A stretch of 64,000 nt of DNA, from positions 1,951,447 to 2,015,446 of the forward strand of contig OZ220480.1 of NCBI GenBank assembly GCA_965116025.1, read 5' to 3'. Shown here piece by piece: positions 20,960 through 30,911 of the stretch. The stretch comes from an uncultured candidatus Porisulfidus sp. (GTDB taxonomy: Bacteria; Pseudomonadota; Gammaproteobacteria; Poriferisulfidales; Poriferisulfidaceae). The translations under genes were made by a program, and so were the position numbers. The notes under the pieces were generated by a model. The model worked only from the letters and a program-made list of their open reading frames with translations, ran no database searches and had not been told where the DNA came from. Position 1 is the stretch's first letter; each line of letters begins with the position of its first letter.

Positions 20960-21595
20960 CTACAGCCACCGCGCGACGCCGGTCATCACCCGGGCCGCGA
21001 CCGTCATGCCCAGCCGCGCGAGCGGCGGAACCCGCTCGGCGCCGGCGGCGGCCGCCCGCCGCCGATGCGCCTCCTCGTCCTCCCGCATCTGGGCCACGAT
21101 GGCGCGGCTGCGCGCGTCCCGCTCCGGCAAACGCTCCAAGTGGGACTCCAGATGCACCCCCACCCGCCGCTCGGTCTCTTCCACGAAGCCGAAGCTCCGG
21201 CGGTCTCCAGCCAGGCCAGCGGCCAAACCGATCGCCAGAGAGCCCAGTCCCCACGCCGGGGTGAGCCAGCTGATCCTCGAGTCCAGCTCGCCCAAGCGCC
21301 GCTCGCACCAGCGCAAGTGGTCCGTCTCCTCCCGGGCCGCCGCTCGCATGCTCGCGCGCGTGAACTCCTCGCGGGCCACCAAGGCCTGTCCGAGATAGAG
21401 GCCCTGCGCCGCGACCTCCCCGGCATGATTGACCCGCATGCAGGCGGCGGCTTCCCGCTTTCGCGGCTCATCCAGATCGTCCGCCGGCAACGACCGCGCC
21501 GGATACGCCCGCGCAGGCCCGGGCGGCGCGCGCAGATCGGAAAGCCACCGGCCCACCCCGCTCAGCAAAACGTCCGTCGGACTCATTCGGCGCAT
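20960..21595 (-). CDS. coq7: Demethoxyubiquinone hydroxylase Coq7 (2-nonaprenyl-3-methyl-6-methoxy-1,4-benzoquinol hydroxylase)
   Basis: Di-iron carboxylate motifs (EvxH repeats: NHAGEVAAQ, EETDHLRW, MREDEEAHRR). Start placed at MRRMSPTD (21595), giving 211 aa. The upstream extension in the track ORF was rejected. Confidence 0.8.
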   Translation of the reverse strand: MRRMSPTDVLLSGVGRWLSDLRAPPGPARAYPARSLPADDLDEPRKREAAACMRVNHAGEVAAQGLYLGQALVAREEFTRASMRAAAREETDHLRWCERRLGELDSRISWLTPAWGLGSLAIGLAAGLAGDRRSFGFVEETERRVGVHLESHLERLPERDARSRAIVAQMREDEEAHRRRAAAAGAERVPPLARLGMTVAARVMTGVARWL

Positions 21596-21597
21596 GA

Positions 21598-22770
21598 TCA
21601 GTCCCTCAATCGCTCCCGCAACAAGTTTACGGGATGCTGGACGGTCACGTCCAGCCCGGCCGCGCGGCAGGCCCCGCGCAGATGCAGCGCGCAGCCAATA
21701 TTGGAGGTCACCAGGATCCTCGCCGAAGCGCGCGTCGCCTCCTCGACGATCTCCCGAGCCAGCGCCACGGCCGTCCGGGGGAACCGGAACATGGCCACGC
21801 CAGCCGCCCCGCAGCATCCGGCGGCGCGGGACTCGACCACGCGCAGGTCCGGAACCTTCTCCAGCAAGCGAATCGTCGCGCTCGTCTCCCGGAGGACGTT
21901 GCGGGCGCTGCAGGGATGATGCAGCAACACGGTCGCGCGCAATGACCGAAACTCGAGCCGCTCCCGCCGCTCAGCCAGATACTCCATCACGTCGCGGTGC
22001 TTTTCCGCCCAGCGCGCCGCCTCGGCCCCGCCCAGCAAGCGCGGATACTCCCGAAACTCGGCCGCGCACGCGGTCGCGACCGAGACCACGCGGTCGAGCG
22101 CGCGCGCGTCGATTCTCTGGACGTTGCCGCGCGCGGTCGCGTCCGCCCGCGCGGCCTCTCCCTGGTGCCGGTCCAACGCCCCGCAACACCCTGCCCCTTC
22201 CGCCCACACCACCTCGGCGCCGCAACGCGCGAGCAGGCGCGCCGCGTCGTTGAGCGTGGCCCGGTCCACGGTATCCGAGACGCACCCCGGGAACAGCCCG
22301 ACCCGAGATCCACCGGTGGCGCGGACGCGCGCGCGCCGCGCCGCGATGGAGTCCGGCAGCAAGCCCAACAACGGTCCGCCAAGCCGAGCGAGTCCGCTGG
22401 AAACGGCCAGCCGCAACCCGAAGCGCGCCAGAGCGCGACCGGCTCTCGAGCCGAACAGCCGGGTCCACCACGGCCTCCGCCCCGGCCATCGCGCCCGGGC
22501 CTGATCCATCAGCCGCCCGAACGGGACTCGAGCGGGGCAGACCGTCTCGCAGGACCGGCACAGCAGGCAACCATCCAGACGCTCCTGGAGGACCGGGCTG
22601 ACGCGCGCGCGTCCGCTCGCCAAGGCCGCGATCAGCTCGACTCGTCCGCGTGGGGAATCCGCCTCTCGGCGGTGAACCCGCCAAGTCGGACAATGCGGCA
22701 GACAGAGACCGCACTTCACGCAACGGTCCGCGTCGGCCCGGATGCCGGATTCGGGGGGCGTCTCGTTCAT
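21598..22770 (-). CDS. (Fe-S)-binding protein, GlcF / heterodisulfide-reductase-like (two 4Fe-4S motifs plus CCG domains)
   Basis: CVKCGLCLPHCP and CLLCRSCETVCP ferredoxin motifs followed by Cys-rich CCG domains. Start taken at MNETPPES (22770). Confidence 0.7.
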   Translation of the reverse strand: MNETPPESGIRADADRCVKCGLCLPHCPTWRVHRREADSPRGRVELIAALASGRARVSPVLQERLDGCLLCRSCETVCPARVPFGRLMDQARARWPGRRPWWTRLFGSRAGRALARFGLRLAVSSGLARLGGPLLGLLPDSIAARRARVRATGGSRVGLFPGCVSDTVDRATLNDAARLLARCGAEVVWAEGAGCCGALDRHQGEAARADATARGNVQRIDARALDRVVSVATACAAEFREYPRLLGGAEAARWAEKHRDVMEYLAERRERLEFRSLRATVLLHHPCSARNVLRETSATIRLLEKVPDLRVVESRAAGCCGAAGVAMFRFPRTAVALAREIVEEATRASARILVTSNIGCALHLRGACRAAGLDVTVQHPVNLLRERLRD

Positions 22771-22991
22771 CGCGCGAACCTTTGCGTATCCTCGACGCCA
22801 TTCTACGGGGCGGCTGGTCGGAACCGCGCCTCGCGGCCAGAAGGCGCCCGACCGAGGTCGGCCCCCCACATGAAAATCCGAGCCGGAACAAGGACGGAGG
22901 AAGGACCCCACGCCGCTAGGCGCAGCCCTGCTTATGCACATGTTGTCCACCCGTTCTGCCCCACGAAACGCGCCGATTTAGTCCCCTTTTC

Positions 22992-23033
22992 CACATTTTG
23001 TAGCGTTGACATAGAGTGAGATATACTATATCT
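22992..23033 (+). promoter_or_regulatory. Candidate NrdR-box pair / promoter region upstream of nrdA
   Basis: AT-rich palindrome agATATAcTATATct (23019-23033) and a second partial box cacattttgtag (22992-23003) about 30 bp upstream. They overlap a TTGACA -35 element (23006-23011). Confidence 0.4.
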
Positions 23034-23121
23034 TGCGAGTCCGGCGGCGGTGGCCGTCGGCGCCCCGCGTCCGGGAAACCCCGGGCGCGGGAAACCATAA
23101 TGATAACAACGCGAAACTCAT

Positions 23122-26031
23122 ATGACCGCCACGCCCCCTGAACCCGGACCAGCCAAAACGCCCGCCCCCACCACGACCGACATCGCCACCGGCGCGCCGC
23201 GCCCCGACGAGCCCACCGAGGCCAGCCTTCGAGCCGCGGCTCCCGGAACCTACCGGGTGATTCGCCGCAACCGCCAACTGACGCCCTTCGACGAATCCAA
23301 GATCCAGGTCGCCATCACCAAGGCGTTCCTCGCCGTCGAAGGCGGCACGGGCGCCGCCTCCAGCCGCATCCATGAAGCGGTCGAGAAGCTGACTCGGCAG
23401 ACCGTTCGCGCGCTGACGCGCAGCCACCCGGAAAACGGAACGTTTCACATCGAGGACATTCAGGACCATGTGGAGCTGGCCCTGATGCGCGGCGGCCACC
23501 ACAAGGTCGCCCGGAAGTACGTCCTGTACCGGGAGGAGCGCGCCCGGGAGCGCGCCGAGATCGAGTCGAAAGAGCCGGGCGCCCGCCCGCCGGTGACATC
23601 CCTCCGGGTCAAGATGCCCGACGGCTCCCTGCGCCCGCTGGACGTGAAGCGCCTGCGCGCCCTCGCCGAGGAGGCCTGCCAAGGCGTCGAGGATGTCGAG
23701 CCCGGCCCCGTGGTCGAGGAGGCCTGCCGCAATCTGTACGACGGCGTTCCCGAATCCGAGGTCGACCGCCAGCTGACGATCAGCACCCGCAGCCTGATCG
23801 AGAAGGAGCCCAACTACACGTTCGTCGCGGCGCGCCTGTTGCTGCGCGACCTGCGCCAAGAGGCGACGGAGTTCGTCTACGACGCGCCCATGCGAACGCG
23901 GGATACGGACGCGGGGATCACGGTCGACTACGCCGACTACTTTCCCCGCTACCTCCGCCGCGGCGTCGCGCTCGAGCTGCTCAGCCCGCATCTGGCCCAA
24001 GAGTACGATCTGGAGCGACTGGCGACCGCCATCGAGCCGGAGCGCGACTTGCGATTCACCTATCTTGGCCTGCAGACGCTGTATGACCGCTACTTCATAC
24101 ATTCGGACCACACCCGTTTCGAGATGCCTCAGGCCTTTTTTATGCGCGTCGCCATGGGCCTGGCCGGACCCGAGGTTGACCGCGAGGACCGAGCCATCGA
24201 GTTCTACCACCTGCTGTCGACCTTCGATTTCATGAGCTCGACCCCCACTCTGTTCAACTCGGGAACCCTACGCCCGCAGCTGTCCTCCTGCTACCTGACC
24301 ACCGTGCCGGACGACCTGGACGGCATCTTCAGCTCCATCAAGGACGACGCCATGCTGTCGAAGTTCGCCGGCGGGCTCGGCAACGACTGGACGCGGATCC
24401 GCGCCATGGGCTCGCACATCAAGGGCACCAACGGACGCTCCCAAGGCGTGGTGCCGTTCCTGAAGGTCGCCAACGACACGGCCGTCGCCGTCAATCAAGG
24501 CGGCAAGCGCAAGGGCGCCATGTGCGCCTACCTCGAGACCTGGCACCTGGACATCGAGGAGTTTCTGGAGTTGCGCAAGAACACCGGCGACGACCGGCGG
24601 CGCACGCACGACATGAACACCGCCAACTGGGTCCCGGACCTGTTCATGAAGCGCGTCGCCGAGAACGCCGAGTGGACCCTGTTCAGCCCAAGCGACGTCC
24701 CTGACCTGCACGATCTGGTCGGCGAGGACTTCGAGACCCGGTACGCCGAGTACGAGGAGATGGCGGCGAGCGGGCGGATCCCGCGCTTCAAGAAAGTCCG
24801 AGCCAAGGATCTGTGGCGAAAGATGCTCGGCATGTTGTACGAGACCGGCCACCCCTGGATCACCTTCAAGGACGTCTGCAACCTTCGCTCCCCCCAGCGG
24901 CATCAAGGCGTGGTCCACTCGTCCAACCTGTGCACCGAGATCACGCTCAACACGTCCGACGACGAGATCGCGGTGTGCAACCTCGGCTCCATCAACCTCG
25001 CCTCCCATACCGACGAGAACGGGCTGATGATGGAGAAGCTCGAGCGCACCGTGCGCGTCGCCATGCGCATGCTCGACAACGTCATCGACTACAACTACTA
25101 CAGCGTGGCCAAGGCGCGCCGCTCCAACCTGCGCCACCGCCCAGTCGGCCTCGGCCTGATGGGCTTCCAGGACGCGCTGTACCGGCTGCGCCTCCCCTAC
25201 GCCAGCGACGAGGCGGTCGAGTTCGCCGACCGATCCATGGAGGCGATCAGCTACTTCGCCATCTCCGCGTCCATCGATCTGGCCCGAGAGCGGGGGGCCT
25301 ATCCCAGTTTCCAGGGATCGCTGTGGTCCCAAGGAATCCTGCCCATCGACTCGATCCGGAACGTGCGTCAGGCGCGCGGCGACGATCGGTTCTGCCAAAT
25401 CAACGCCGACTCCACGCTGGACTGGGACCGCCTGCGCGAGAAGGCGCGCGGCGGGATCCGGAACTCCAACACGATGGCCATCGCGCCGACCGCCACCATC
25501 TCCAACATCGCCGGCGTGACGCAAAGCATCGAGCCCATCTACCAAAACCTGTTCGTCAAGTCCAACCTGTCCGGCGAATTCACGGTCGTCAACCTGCATC
25601 TGGTGCGCGACCTCAAGAAGCTAGGACTGTGGGACGACGTGATGATCAACGACCTCAAGCATTACAACGGAGGCATCCAGAACATCGCCCGCATCCCGGA
25701 CGAGATCAAGCGCCTGTACACCACGGCCTTCGAGCTGGATCCGAGATGGCTGGTGGAGGCCGCCGCGCGCCGGCAAAAATGGATCGACCAAGCGCAGTCG
25801 CTGAACCTCTACATGGCCACGCCGTCGGGGCGCGACCTCGACAACCTGTACAAGCTCGCCTGGGTGCGCGGCCTGAAAACCACCTACTACCTGCGCTCGC
25901 TCGGCGCCACCCACGTCGAGAAGAGCACCGGCGACGCCCGCGGACAACTCAACGCGGTCGCCGCGAACGGCTCCTCCCCCGGCGCGCCCTCGTTCTGCTC
26001 CATGGACGAGGACTGCGAGGCCTGCCAGTGA
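23122..26031 (+). CDS. nrdA: Ribonucleoside-diphosphate reductase class Ia alpha subunit
   Basis: 969 aa with ATP-cone and catalytic motifs (…NLCTEI…, C-terminal CxxC tail …EDCEACQ). Confidence 0.95.
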   Translation: MTATPPEPGPAKTPAPTTTDIATGAPRPDEPTEASLRAAAPGTYRVIRRNRQLTPFDESKIQVAITKAFLAVEGGTGAASSRIHEAVEKLTRQTVRALTRSHPENGTFHIEDIQDHVELALMRGGHHKVARKYVLYREERARERAEIESKEPGARPPVTSLRVKMPDGSLRPLDVKRLRALAEEACQGVEDVEPGPVVEEACRNLYDGVPESEVDRQLTISTRSLIEKEPNYTFVAARLLLRDLRQEATEFVYDAPMRTRDTDAGITVDYADYFPRYLRRGVALELLSPHLAQEYDLERLATAIEPERDLRFTYLGLQTLYDRYFIHSDHTRFEMPQAFFMRVAMGLAGPEVDREDRAIEFYHLLSTFDFMSSTPTLFNSGTLRPQLSSCYLTTVPDDLDGIFSSIKDDAMLSKFAGGLGNDWTRIRAMGSHIKGTNGRSQGVVPFLKVANDTAVAVNQGGKRKGAMCAYLETWHLDIEEFLELRKNTGDDRRRTHDMNTANWVPDLFMKRVAENAEWTLFSPSDVPDLHDLVGEDFETRYAEYEEMAASGRIPRFKKVRAKDLWRKMLGMLYETGHPWITFKDVCNLRSPQRHQGVVHSSNLCTEITLNTSDDEIAVCNLGSINLASHTDENGLMMEKLERTVRVAMRMLDNVIDYNYYSVAKARRSNLRHRPVGLGLMGFQDALYRLRLPYASDEAVEFADRSMEAISYFAISASIDLARERGAYPSFQGSLWSQGILPIDSIRNVRQARGDDRFCQINADSTLDWDRLREKARGGIRNSNTMAIAPTATISNIAGVTQSIEPIYQNLFVKSNLSGEFTVVNLHLVRDLKKLGLWDDVMINDLKHYNGGIQNIARIPDEIKRLYTTAFELDPRWLVEAAARRQKWIDQAQSLNLYMATPSGRDLDNLYKLAWVRGLKTTYYLRSLGATHVEKSTGDARGQLNAVAANGSSPGAPSFCSMDEDCEACQ

Positions 26032-26067
26032 GCCTCCCGATCACAATCGCACCATAGGAGAACCTCC

Positions 26068-27252
26068 ATGACCGCCACCACGAACTCCTGGAACGACCCA
26101 CTGTCTCCGTCGGACTCCCCGCCTCCCGCGCGCCCCTTAGACCCGGAAGCCGGCTTGCCGCCCCCTCCGAGCGCCGACCGCGAAGATGCCTCCGGGGCCG
26201 GGGCCACCGGCCTGGAAGCCCTGGAGATGGGAGCGGCCCGCATCCAGGTCGACGACAAGCGGATCATCAACTGCCGCGCCGACCTGAACCAGCTGGTTCC
26301 CTTCAAGTACGCTTGGGCCTGGGAGAAATACCTGGCCGCCTGCAACAACCACTGGATGCCGCAGGAAATCAACATGAGCGCGGATATCGAGCTGTGGAAG
26401 AGCCCGGACGGCCTGACCGAGGACGAGCGCGTGATCGTCCAGCGCAACCTCGGGTTCTTCTCCACCGCCGACTCGCTAGTGGCGAACAATCTGGTGCTGG
26501 CCGTGTATCGGCACATCACCAACCCGGAATGCCGGCAGTACCTGCTCCGCCAAGCCTTCGAGGAGGCCATCCACACGCACGCCTACCAATACTGCGTGGA
26601 ATCGCTGGGACTGGACCAGGGCGAGGTCTTCAACATGTACCGCGAGCTTCCGTCCGTGGCCCGAAAGGCGGAATGGGCGCTGCCCTTCACCCAGAGCCTG
26701 GGAGACCCCCTCTTCCAGACCGGAACACACGAGAACGATCAGCGCCTGCTGCGCGACCTGATCGCGTTCTACGTCGTGTTCGAGGGAATCTTCTTCTACG
26801 TCGGCTTCTCGCAGATCCTGTCTATGGGCCGACGCAACAAGCTGACCGGCGTCGCCGAGCAGTTCCAGTACATCCTGCGCGACGAATCCATGCACATGAA
26901 TTTCGGGATCGACGTCATCAACCAGATCAAGATCGAGAACCCGAAGCTGTGGTCCGGAGCGTTCCAGCAGCGCATGATCGATCTGGTACTGGAAGGCGTG
27001 GATCTGGAGGTCGCCTACGCCTACGACACCATGCCGCGCGGCATTCTCGGGATGAACGCCCCCGTGTTCGAGGAGTACGTCAAGTTCATCGCCAACCGCA
27101 GACTGGCCCAGATCGGCCTGCCCGACCAGTTCCCCGGAGCGAAAAACCCGTTTCCATGGATGTCCGAGGCCTTGGATCTGAATAAGGAGAAGAACTTCTT
27201 CGAGACCCGGGTGACGGAATACCAGACCGGAGGCGCGCTGAACTGGGACTAG
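26068..27252 (+). CDS. nrdB: Ribonucleoside-diphosphate reductase class Ia beta subunit
   Basis: 394 aa with di-iron tyrosyl-radical motifs (…[10 protein letters not shown]…, …[10 protein letters not shown]…). Confidence 0.95.
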   Translation: MTATTNSWNDPLSPSDSPPPARPLDPEAGLPPPPSADREDASGAGATGLEALEMGAARIQVDDKRIINCRADLNQLVPFKYAWAWEKYLAACNNHWMPQEINMSADIELWKSPDGLTEDERVIVQRNLGFFSTADSLVANNLVLAVYRHITNPECRQYLLRQAFEEAIHTHAYQYCVESLGLDQGEVFNMYRELPSVARKAEWALPFTQSLGDPLFQTGTHENDQRLLRDLIAFYVVFEGIFFYVGFSQILSMGRRNKLTGVAEQFQYILRDESMHMNFGIDVINQIKIENPKLWSGAFQQRMIDLVLEGVDLEVAYAYDTMPRGILGMNAPVFEEYVKFIANRRLAQIGLPDQFPGAKNPFPWMSEALDLNKEKNFFETRVTEYQTGGALNWD

Positions 27253-27308
27253 ATCTCAGTCACGCACCGCTCTGACGCGCGCGTCGCCGGCGCGCCAAAC
27301 CTCGGTCC

Positions 27309-28994
27309 ATGTTCGACCCGCCTACCTGGCGCGACGCCCAGCCCCTCACCCTCCGCAACCGGGTCGGCCTTTGGCTCGGGCCGCTGGCGTTCGTCCTGAT
27401 CCTCGCGTTCGCGGACATCGATCCCGGAAACCCGACGGTCACTCGCATGGTGGCCATCACCGCGTGGATGGCCATCTGGTGGATCAGCGAAGCCATCCCG
27501 ATCGCCGCCACCGCCTTGATGCCGCTGGCTCTGTTCCCGACCATGGGCGTCATGCATGGCCGCCATGTCGAGGTCTCCGGGAAAATCGACTTCGGGAGCG
27601 CCGCGCTCGGCGACGGACTGACCCCGGGGGATCTGAGCGTCAGCCTCCACAGCGTGGCCGGGCAGTACATGGGCTGGGTCACGTTTCTCCTGCTGGGAGG
27701 ATTCCTGGTCGCCATCGCGGTGCAGAAATGGAATCTGCACCGGCGCGTCGCGCTGGGCATTCTTCGGATCATGGGAAACCGACCCGACGCCCTCGTGCTC
27801 GGCTTCATGCTGTCGGCCGCCTTCCTCTCGATGTGGCTATCCAATACCGCCACCACCATGATGCTGCTCCCGATCGCGCTGTCCGTCTCCCTGCTCCGCG
27901 AGGAGTTTCGCGCAACCCAGCCCAGCGCCGGGGCTTCCGCGCATCCGCGCGAGAGAAATTTCTCCCTCGCCCTGCTGCTGGGACTCGCGTATTCGGCCTC
28001 TATCGGCGGCATGGCCACGCTGACCGGAACGCCGCCCAACGCCATTCTGGTCGCTCAGTTCGGGCTGCTGTACCCCGAAGCGCCACCCATCTCGTTCGCC
28101 TCCTGGTCGATGATGGCCATGCCTTTCTCGCTGCTGTTCCTGGGATGCGCCTGGTTGCTCCTGACCCGCGTGGTCTTTCCACTACCGCCATCGGACCAGT
28201 TCGGCGAACGCGACTCGATCCGCCGCCAATACCAAGATCTCGAGCCCATGAGCCCCGAGGAGAAAAAGGTTCTGGCGGTATTCGTCACCTTGGTCGTCCT
28301 GTGGTTCACTCGCAAAAAATTCCTGTTCGGTGGTGACTCGTCGGGAGGATGGAGCCATTATCTCGACGCGTTTCTAGCCCGGCTGGACATCTCCGCGATC
28401 GGCCCGATGCTCGACGATGGCACGGTTGCCATCGCCATGGCGCTTCTTCTGTTCGCGCTCCCCGCCCGCTCCGCGCGAGGCCGGCTTCTGGACGCGGACG
28501 ACCTGGCCAAAGTTCCTTGGGGCGTGCTGATTCTCTTCGGCGGCGGACTGGCTTTGGCCAAGGGCTTCGACGTGTCCGGGCTCTCCGCCTGGGTGGCCCA
28601 GGAATTCGAGACGCTTCTGCGCGACAGCAACCCGCTCGTCGTGGTGGCGAGCACGGCCGGCTTCATCACTGGTCTGACCGAGCTGACCTCCAACACGGCC
28701 ACCACCGCCACGGCCATTCCCATCATGGCGAGCCTAGCGCAAGGCATTGGCGCGCACCCTCTGCTATTGCTGATCCCAACGGCCTTGGCCGCTTCCTGCG
28801 CCTTCATGCTGCCAATCTCCACTCCGCCCAACGCCATCGTCTACGGATCGCGGAGAATTCCGATCATGAAGATGGTCGCCGCGGGGATCTGGCTTGACAT
28901 CCTTTCGGTCATCATCCTGACCGCGCTGGTCTTCAGTCTCGGCGATTGGGTCTTCGGATTGCTGGGCGAAGTTCCGAGCTGGTCCTCGCGGTGA
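27309..28994 (+). CDS. SLC13/DASS-family sodium-coupled anion symporter
   Basis: 561-aa polytopic membrane protein with the duplicated SNT-like motif regions of the DASS family. Confidence 0.8.
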   Translation: MFDPPTWRDAQPLTLRNRVGLWLGPLAFVLILAFADIDPGNPTVTRMVAITAWMAIWWISEAIPIAATALMPLALFPTMGVMHGRHVEVSGKIDFGSAALGDGLTPGDLSVSLHSVAGQYMGWVTFLLLGGFLVAIAVQKWNLHRRVALGILRIMGNRPDALVLGFMLSAAFLSMWLSNTATTMMLLPIALSVSLLREEFRATQPSAGASAHPRERNFSLALLLGLAYSASIGGMATLTGTPPNAILVAQFGLLYPEAPPISFASWSMMAMPFSLLFLGCAWLLLTRVVFPLPPSDQFGERDSIRRQYQDLEPMSPEEKKVLAVFVTLVVLWFTRKKFLFGGDSSGGWSHYLDAFLARLDISAIGPMLDDGTVAIAMALLLFALPARSARGRLLDADDLAKVPWGVLILFGGGLALAKGFDVSGLSAWVAQEFETLLRDSNPLVVVASTAGFITGLTELTSNTATTATAIPIMASLAQGIGAHPLLLLIPTALAASCAFMLPISTPPNAIVYGSRRIPIMKMVAAGIWLDILSVIILTALVFSLGDWVFGLLGEVPSWSSR

Positions 28995-29081
28995 ATCACC
29001 GAACCCGTTCCCTTCGCGCCTCGGAACCGTCGCGTGCGAAGTCGTTTTGCTGATTCGGCGATTCCGCGTATAGTGCCGCCC

Positions 29082-29774
29082 ATGCCCGCTTTGGCCAACC
29101 GAATCGCGATCGTCACCGGGGCCGCTGGCGCGCTAGGTCAGGCCACGGCTCGACGTTTTCAAGAACGTGGCGCGACCGTCGTGGCCGTGGACCGCGAAGC
29201 CCAACTACTGAAAGCAATAACGGCCGCCACGTCCCTCGTCTGCGACCTGACCGACGAGGAATCCACGCACGCGACCTTCGAACGGATCCACCAAGCCTAC
29301 GGGCGCGTTGATATTCTCGCGAACGTCGCCGGAGGTTTCGCCATGGGTCCGCGAGTCGAGGAAACATCTCTCGAAGACTGGACGAGCATGCTTCGGACCA
29401 ACGCCCTTACCGCCTGGCTGGCATGCAGGCACGCCTTGCCCATCATGCGGGCGGCGGATTTCGGGCGGATCGTCAACGTAGGCGCCCGCGCCGCGAGAAG
29501 GCCAGGTGCGCGAATGGCGCCCTACTGCGTCTCGAAAGCGGCGGTGATCACTCTGACCGAGGTTTTGGCCGCCGAATGCGCCGAGACCGGCATCACGGCC
29601 AACTGCGTCCTCCCCGGCACCATCGACACCCCCCGCAACCGAGCCGATATGCCGGACGCCGACCACTCGAAATGGGTGCCTCCCGAGGATATCGCCGCCG
29701 CTATCGTCCACTTGGCCGATCCATCCAGCCGCTCCATCAACGGCGCTATCGTTCCGGTCTACGGGCGTAGTTGA
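29082..29774 (+). CDS. SDR-family short-chain dehydrogenase/reductase
   Basis: IAIVTGAAGALGQA Rossmann motif and a YxxxK active site (YCVSK). Start taken at MPALANR. Confidence 0.85.
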   Translation: MPALANRIAIVTGAAGALGQATARRFQERGATVVAVDREAQLLKAITAATSLVCDLTDEESTHATFERIHQAYGRVDILANVAGGFAMGPRVEETSLEDWTSMLRTNALTAWLACRHALPIMRAADFGRIVNVGARAARRPGARMAPYCVSKAAVITLTEVLAAECAETGITANCVLPGTIDTPRNRADMPDADHSKWVPPEDIAAAIVHLADPSSRSINGAIVPVYGRS

Positions 29775-29833
29775 CGAAAGCGAGCCCCGAGACTCCTCAA
29801 GGAGAGCGCCATCCTCCACGGCGGAACGGATGG

Positions 29834-30790
29834 CTATCGAATCAGAATTCGCTTGACCGCGTACCCGCCGTAAAATTCCTGTCCAAGCAACGACAACACG
29901 CCATTCTTCCCATACAGATGCAAAGCTCCGATGGCGATGAACGAATTCCCCCTTTGGAGCGGCCCCTGCATGTAATGCGCCATCACGACGCTTCGAATGT
30001 CGATCGCATGCTTCAGATATGCCTCGCGGTGCTTCCGCTTGCTCGGATCCTTGTCGATAAAATCTGTCGAGAGATCCATCATGGCCTGCAAATCCTCTCG
30101 CCCATAAGCTTGCACGATCTCCTCCATGGTGTCGCGCATCTCTGGAAACGCGCGCAGCTTGTCCTTCAGCAAAGAGACTTGCGAGTCCATCGGCATCGCG
30201 TAGAACGCGGCCAGCAGTTCTTCCGGGCTTTCGATCTGATACAACTCCTTGTTCTGCAACACCGCGAGGTCCAGAAGCTTTTGGTCCACGATCGGCCCAT
30301 GGTGCTCCGACTTGATCGCGATGCTATGGATCGCGGCCCATGGCTTGACGCGACGGGCGAATTCCTCATCCACGTAGTTTCGCCGGAGGATCTCGTATAC
30401 TTCCCGCGCCAACTCCTTGCCCGCGACCTCAGCGAGCGTCTGCTCGTCCGGCAGCATCATGCGCCCGCGAATATTCTGAAGCCCATGGTAGGGATTCCAT
30501 AATTCGCTCCCTGGAAACGCCTCAATCGCGTAGCCCGAAGACTTAGCAAACACGTCCATAACCCGTTTCGGGACTCTCGTGACGCGCTCATCATTGCTGT
30601 GGATCGTGCCGAGAATGTGCCCGGCCACCCTGCCATCCTTGCTCACCTGCCAAAAAACGCCTTCCGAATATGGCGCCGGCCTCTGAGTCACATAGGCCGA
30701 TCCTGACAGCAAAACAAGCAACAGCGCGAACAGCGCGGCCGGAGTGAAACGGTCGGACATCTTGCTTAAGGCGCGAGAGGAAATTTCCAC
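29834..30790 (-). CDS. TraB/GumN-family protein (secreted)
   Basis: Signal peptide, GTIHSND motif, 318 aa. Noticeably lower GC than the flanks. Confidence 0.65.
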   Translation of the reverse strand: MEISSRALSKMSDRFTPAALFALLLVLLSGSAYVTQRPAPYSEGVFWQVSKDGRVAGHILGTIHSNDERVTRVPKRVMDVFAKSSGYAIEAFPGSELWNPYHGLQNIRGRMMLPDEQTLAEVAGKELAREVYEILRRNYVDEEFARRVKPWAAIHSIAIKSEHHGPIVDQKLLDLAVLQNKELYQIESPEELLAAFYAMPMDSQVSLLKDKLRAFPEMRDTMEEIVQAYGREDLQAMMDLSTDFIDKDPSKRKHREAYLKHAIDIRSVVMAHYMQGPLQRGNSFIAIGALHLYGKNGVLSLLGQEFYGGYAVKRILIR

Positions 30791-30911
30791 GAAAGTCTAT
30801 CACAGAGACTTCGCCTCTCTCCACTCAAGTTTCGCGCTCGCTCGAACTCGGAAGCGACTCCCTCGCTCCATAGCGAGTTATCTCTCACGCGCTATTTCTA
30901 TCCGCGCGCGC

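Noticed and set aside
23026-25599. 394-aa and 443-aa minus-strand ORFs, plus the 414-aa plus-strand alt-frame ORF, over nrdA
   Set aside because: Antisense or off-frame to the unambiguous class Ia RNR alpha gene. Compositionally junk.
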